Shown: in pieces, positions 7,946 to 11,742 of the stretch | Position numbering within the stretch: the stretch's first letter is position 1 | Layout of the letters: every line of letters starts with the position of its first letter | From: Gemmatimonadota bacterium | GTDB taxonomy: Bacteria > Gemmatimonadota > Gemmatimonadetes > Longimicrobiales > Gaopeijiaceae | Reading direction: 5' to 3' | Assembly (NCBI GenBank): GCA_039589315.1 | Contig: JBDHHQ010000121.1 | Span: 1-11,742, forward strand | Length of the DNA: 11,742 nucleotides | The notes under the pieces: generated by a model | The model's database searches: none | Told to the model about the DNA's origin: nothing | Seen by the model: the letters and a program-made list of their open reading frames with translations, nothing else | Position numbers and translations under genes: made by a program

Positions 7946-8609
7946 TCACACCTCCCACCGATTCCACCTCTTCTCCCACCACCCCCCATCCCGCGTCCAG
8001 TCCATGAGCCTGTGTGCCGCCGCCGAGACCGGGGTACCGCAAAGGATCTCGTAGGCCGCATGCTTCGACTCCTTCGCCCAGAGCGGCGTGTCGCTCGCCA
8101 GGTCGATGGGCCGACCGTCCTCGTCTCGGCGTTCCACCATCGCCCAGCGGTGGCCCAGGTAGAGACTCGATGCTGGCACCCATGCCGCCACGCACTCGGA
8201 TCCAGCGCTTCCCGCAGTTGAGCGGTCCCCTCAGAAGCTGGCCGATGTCAGCCGCGCAGCCGACCCGGGCCCAGATGTCCACCCGGAAGAACTCCGGGTG
8301 CTCATCGTTTGGCCGAGCAACCAGCGCGAGCTCCGTGCCCCACCATCGGAACAGTTCGGCACCCAGCAGCATCGCGTGCGGAATCGGCTCCAGGAGCTGC
8401 GAGACGATCGCGTGGTCCCCGGTCCAGGCCGTGACCGGCTTCAGGTACCGGACTCCCAACACGCCGGGCTGCTCCAACGCCCCCAGCGGCTGCTCGGGCT
8501 CTAGCGCCTCGCCACCGGGTTCTAAGCGCAGGGGGAGGGTCTTGGAGTAGACCACGTGCCCCTCGCAGCGGCCATCGTCCCCGTGCTCGAACTCGTCGTA
8601 TCGCAACAT
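7946..8609 (-). pseudogene. Frameshifted hypothetical gene, second gene of the minus-strand pair
   Basis: ATG 8609 lies 11 nt after the upstream TAA, with AAGGGGG as SD. GC-ending codons follow the 7887..8858 frame until about 8165 (GMGASIES) and then the 7946..8191 frame (LYLGHRWAMVERRDEDG...WNRWEV). Confidence 0.55.
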
Positions 8610-8620
8610 GACCCACCCCC

Positions 8621-9784
8621 TTATCTGTTCGCGGGGGAGCTGACGCCAGAAGAACGCCGCAGCACAGCCCGGCCGAGCCTCTCGAACGCAGTTTTCGGCG
8701 GTGCCTGGCCCACCAGCGTCGGACCCAGCTCGCGCCCCAGTTCCAGGGCCTGGGCCGCGATGGCGTAGCCGATGTAATAGGCCACCTCGGGTGAGCAGAT
8801 GCCGGCGGGCAGGAAGGTCGCCTGAGTCACCGAGTCGGTCAGATCGTCGTAGACCCACGCGCCCAGGCAGTGGAGGCCGTTCGTCCTGAGCACGCGGCTC
8901 GAGCTGCGGAGGTTCAACTGCTTCGCCACATCCTCAGGCCCGTAGCCAACGACGGACCGCACGTCTTCCCCCACCGGGAGGCTGAGCAGGCACAGCACAC
9001 CCTTCCCGAAGCGAGGATGGTCGATGGGAGACAGGATGCGCAGCAGCGACGACCAGCTCCCGAACGGGATCTCGGCCATGAGTCCCTCATTGTCGCCCAC
9101 CGCACCGATGCCCTGCTCGTTCAGGTACGCGGCCAGCCGCTCCCACGCGGACTCCAGGTACAGGTCCATGAACTGCCGCTGCCAGACGATGGTCATGGCC
9201 CCGTAGTTCATCTCGTCCTGCTCCTCACGCTCGCCCATGACGGGGTGGCCGCTCTCGGCGGGCTTCGCGCCGAGGCCGGTCAGCACCGCTGCGGCCCGGG
9301 CCGCCTCCTGCGGCTGTAGCCCGGCGCACTGGGCCGCCGGCAGCCACATCCAGTCCAGGTTCTGCGGATGGGGGACCATGGACGCCGAGAGCGTGACCCT
9401 GCCGTCGTCGTGACGGGCCAGCGCGGACAGCGTGGCTTCGCGGTTGAGGCGATCCAGCTCGCGGTGCACCTGGGGAGTCTCAGGCACTTCCCGGGACACG
9501 TCGGTCTCGACGACCAGGCGGACGGCGGTGATCCCGTCGAAGTCGGCGTCCTCCGTGACCGAGATCCGCTGCGCCAGGCGGAAAGGCCACCACCGGAAGC
9601 CGTCCACTGTCCATTCGCACCATTCGGCGTCGATGCTCAGGGTGCGGTAGAACCGCCCGAGGAGGTGTCCCCTGAGCGGGGCGGCGCTGGCTGCTGCCCT
9701 GAGGTCGGCCTGGCTCGAGCGCCCGGTATCGGCGAACGGGTGCTTGCTTGTAGGCTGGGTTCGGGAGGTTTCGTGCTGACTCAT
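8621..9784 (-). CDS. Hypothetical protein, possibly tandem T3SS-chaperone/YbjN-like domains
   Basis: 387 aa, purine-rich SD (AGGAGAG) before ATG 9784 and GC-ending codon bias. Two halves each have a helix ending in LN followed by beta-strand-like segments. The fold call is inference. Confidence 0.82.
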   Translation of the reverse strand: MSQHETSRTQPTSKHPFADTGRSSQADLRAAASAAPLRGHLLGRFYRTLSIDAEWCEWTVDGFRWWPFRLAQRISVTEDADFDGITAVRLVVETDVSREVPETPQVHRELDRLNREATLSALARHDDGRVTLSASMVPHPQNLDWMWLPAAQCAGLQPQEAARAAAVLTGLGAKPAESGHPVMGEREEQDEMNYGAMTIVWQRQFMDLYLESAWERLAAYLNEQGIGAVGDNEGLMAEIPFGSWSSLLRILSPIDHPRFGKGVLCLLSLPVGEDVRSVVGYGPEDVAKQLNLRSSSRVLRTNGLHCLGAWVYDDLTDSVTQATFLPAGICSPEVAYYIGYAIAAQALELGRELGPTLVGQAPPKTAFERLGRAVLRRSSGVSSPANR

Positions 9785-9977
9785 GGGTCTCTCCTATCTC
9801 TCCCCTTCCGGGGTCGGAGTTGGCACCTTGGCCGGGTGGCCAGGTTGCCGGGCGGTCATCGGGCCGAGTCCCTCGCGCCGCTCTGGATAGGGCTCCGGTA
9901 GATGCCGGAGCTATGTCGGGTGGGGCCAAAGGAAAGGCCCCGCGTGGCAGACCGCACGCAGGGCTAGGGTTGCGAGC

Positions 9978-10006
9978 GGTTTAGCAGGTTGTTCACGCGG
10001 CTGCAA
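9978..10006 (-). promoter_or_regulatory. Candidate sigma70-type promoter for the minus-strand gene pair
   Basis: Minus strand reads TTGCAG (10006-10001), a 17-nt spacer ending TGC (extended -10 TGn), then TAAACC (9983-9978). Confidence 0.5.
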
Positions 10007-10216
10007 TCGCCACAAATCGCCGCGGTGTGTGGGTCACACACTCTGAAAGATAACGGACGGACTGAGGGTCCGGCAGGGTCGTGGACCCGCTTTCCTGCCG
10101 AGCCCGGCGGCGTGTACGTTGCTGCCAGCGCTACCCAGCCCGACGCGGCTGCGCTAAGGCCGGGCTGCGGAGACGCGGCCGTCCAGGTAGCGGAGCCTAT
10201 CACCCGGGGAGCGACG

Positions 10217-10942
10217 TTGGCCTCAACAACCAGATTTCGGGCAGTGGCTCTTGAGATGGTCGTCATTGTCGCGAGCATCCTCATCGCTTTCGCCCTGGAT
10301 GCGTGGTGGGATCGGGCCCAAGAGTCGGCCGCCGAACAAGCCATTCTCAACGACTTAATCGAGCAGTTTGAAGCCACGAGAGTGAACCTCGCGGACCAAC
10401 GCCGTGTGCACCTCGCAGGCGTTGCCGCCGTGGATCGAATGCTGGATCGATTTGGCAAGGCACCGCCCGACGGGACGGTGGCGTTCCCAGACTCCACGAT
10501 CATGCGTCTGTACACGATCCCCACGTTTGATCGGAGAGAGTACCGGCTCGAGAGCCTAATCCAGTCAGGACGTTTGGAGGTCATCGAGAACCCCGAACTC
10601 CGGGATGGGCTGGCTCGTTGGCCCGGGGTCGTCGCTGAGATGCTAGAACATCAACTGGCGGCGCGTAGCATCTACCAGGAACTGGTTGTCCCGCATCTGC
10701 TCGTTGCCGGAGATGTTTCCGGTCTGATGGTGCAATCGCGTCGTAGCAGCATGAACGAGCCCGTCCTGGGCACCTTGAGGTATGGCGCCGGCAGTGAGAC
10801 CGACCTGATGAACGGTAAGGAGCTACGTGGAGCGTTGGCCTACCTCTCGACTCAGAATGGGCGGGCGGCCTGGGAACTAGAACTCATGGATGCCATTCTC
10901 GAGGAGATGCTACATGACCTCAGGGAAGAGCTGCGTCCGTGA
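10217..10942 (+). CDS. N-terminally membrane-anchored hypothetical protein (resembles DUF6090-type proteins); probable cassette ORF
   Basis: Start reassigned to TTG 10217 after GGGGAG; the upstream part of track ORF 9989..10942 looks non-coding. Motifs EMVVIVASILIAFALDAWW and LESLIQSGRLEVIENPELR. An attC-like site starts 5 nt after the stop. Confidence 0.82.
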   Translation: MASTTRFRAVALEMVVIVASILIAFALDAWWDRAQESAAEQAILNDLIEQFEATRVNLADQRRVHLAGVAAVDRMLDRFGKAPPDGTVAFPDSTIMRLYTIPTFDRREYRLESLIQSGRLEVIENPELRDGLARWPGVVAEMLEHQLAARSIYQELVVPHLLVAGDVSGLMVQSRRSSMNEPVLGTLRYGAGSETDLMNGKELRGALAYLSTQNGRAAWELELMDAILEEMLHDLREELRP

Positions 10943-10947
10943 GGGCA

Positions 10948-11107
10948 GCCTAGCCGGGCCGGCTGGCGGGAACGGCTCAGGATGCTCCTGCGCTGCGCTC
11001 CTCGAAGCGATGAGCCTTGATCGCTGGCTCCGTTCACACCTACGGTGTTCACATCGCTGCGCGGGTCAGCAGGTAGGTCGCGCAGCGGGATCGCAAGTCC
11101 GCTAGAC
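10948..11107 (+). mobile_element. Degenerate integron attC-like site (copy 1)
   Basis: R''-like GCCTAGC (10948-10954) and R'-like GCTAGAC (11101-11107), each one base from RYYYAAC/GTTRRRY. 3' arm CGCGCAGCGGGATCGC. The central 98 nt match copy 2 at 88 positions. The 5' arm is 13 nt shorter than in copy 2. Confidence 0.7.
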
Positions 11108-11137
11108 TGAGCGTCTACTAGCCAGCCGAAACACTGA

Positions 11138-11605
11138 ATGAAGAAGCCGACACTCTCGGAGTTTGCTCAGGTGGCCGAGGTAATCGCGGCGGTGGCCGTG
11201 ATCATCTCGTTGATCTACGTCGGTAGAGAGCTTCAGAGCAACACCGCAGCGATCCGGGCGTCGTCGCTTCAGTCGGTTTCCAACGCGTCAGCAGATATTC
11301 TCCTGAGTACGGCGACTGACTCCGCGCTCTCACGGATTCGACAGATCGGCGATGAAGACCTCTCGGGGCTGACGGATGCCGAAGCGTACCGATACCACAC
11401 GTTGATTCGTCAGGTATGGCTTACGCTTCAGAACGTCTATTTCCAGAATGAGCTAGAGGTTATCGATCCGAGAGTCTGGAGCGGTTATGCTCGGATCATC
11501 TGTGACGCCTGGTCGCATCCCAGCACACCCGACACATGGCCAATCCATCGGCACACGCTCGATTCGGGCTTCGCAGAGTTCGTCGAGCAGTGTTCCAGCC
11601 AATAG
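11138..11605 (+). CDS. N-terminally membrane-anchored hypothetical protein; gene-cassette ORF
   Basis: 155 aa with a single TM segment AEVIAAVAVIISLIYVGRELQSNT and a helical C-terminus ending LDSGFAEFVE. It fills the space between the two attC-like sites with only 30 nt of leader and no clear SD. Confidence 0.88.
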   Translation: MKKPTLSEFAQVAEVIAAVAVIISLIYVGRELQSNTAAIRASSLQSVSNASADILLSTATDSALSRIRQIGDEDLSGLTDAEAYRYHTLIRQVWLTLQNVYFQNELEVIDPRVWSGYARIICDAWSHPSTPDTWPIHRHTLDSGFAEFVEQCSSQ

Positions 11606-11613
11606 GCGGCACA

Positions 11614-11742
11614 GTCTAACGAGCGATTGCTGCAGACGCGGTAGACGGGAACGGCACAGGAGGCTCCTACGCTACGCTCCGGAGCGATGAGCCTTGATCG
11701 CTTGCTCCGTTCCCACCTACGGTGTTCACGTCGCTGCGCGGT
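11614..11742 (+). mobile_element. Integron attC site (copy 2), truncated by the window edge
   Basis: Canonical R'' GTCTAAC 8 nt after the stop, followed by GAGCGATTGCTGCAGACGCG. Its GCGAT, GCTG and CGCG blocks complement the ATCGC, CAGC and CGCG blocks in the 3' arm of copy 1. Confidence 0.8.

Larger units (their letters stand above)
4569..11742. mobile_element. Probable genomic island integrated at the tRNA-Ala 3' end; right boundary outside the window
   Basis: An integrase starts 120 nt after the tRNA. Downstream are orphan ORFs, pseudogenes, long non-coding gaps and gene cassettes, with visibly more A/T-ending codons than the left-hand genes. I found no duplicated tRNA 3' end (attR) in the window. 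Confidence 0.72.

Noticed and set aside
10023..10041. Palindrome as a CRP/FNR site
   Set aside because: The half-sites and spacing do not fit TGTGA-N6-TCACA or TTGAT-N4-ATCAA.
10081..10222. attI or upstream attC boundary of the first cassette
   Set aside because: Candidates such as GTTGCTGCC, GCTAAGGC and GTTGGCC each fit only with gaps or mismatches, so I call no boundary.
10948..11742. The ~98-nt repeats as CRISPR repeats, tRNA-like genes or IS ends
   Set aside because: They are too long and separated by a whole gene, and there is no T-loop/acceptor stem, transposase or terminal inverted repeat. The attC features fit better.

Overview
GC-rich bacterial DNA, probably Gemmatimonadota-like (inferred from the protein styles, not tested). 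The left part (1-4568) looks like chromosomal backbone. It holds a partial minus-strand membrane-anchored TolB-N-like protein absent from the ORF track, a YyaL/SSP411-type thioredoxin-domain protein, three 19-bp direct repeats, a Phd/YefM-VapC toxin-antitoxin operon with a palindromic operator, a small membrane protein and a stand-alone tRNA-Ala(TGC). Directly after the tRNA begins a probable genomic island that runs off the right edge. Its tyrosine integrase has KxxR instead of HxxR and an RBS buried in a long hairpin. The cargo is a lipoprotein, two apparent pseudogenes and a possible tandem chaperone-fold protein behind a long structured leader. At the right end are two integron-type gene cassettes followed by long, about 90% identical, branched attC-like sites, with no intI in the window. 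Most of the other ORFs in the track are GC-rich shadow frames.
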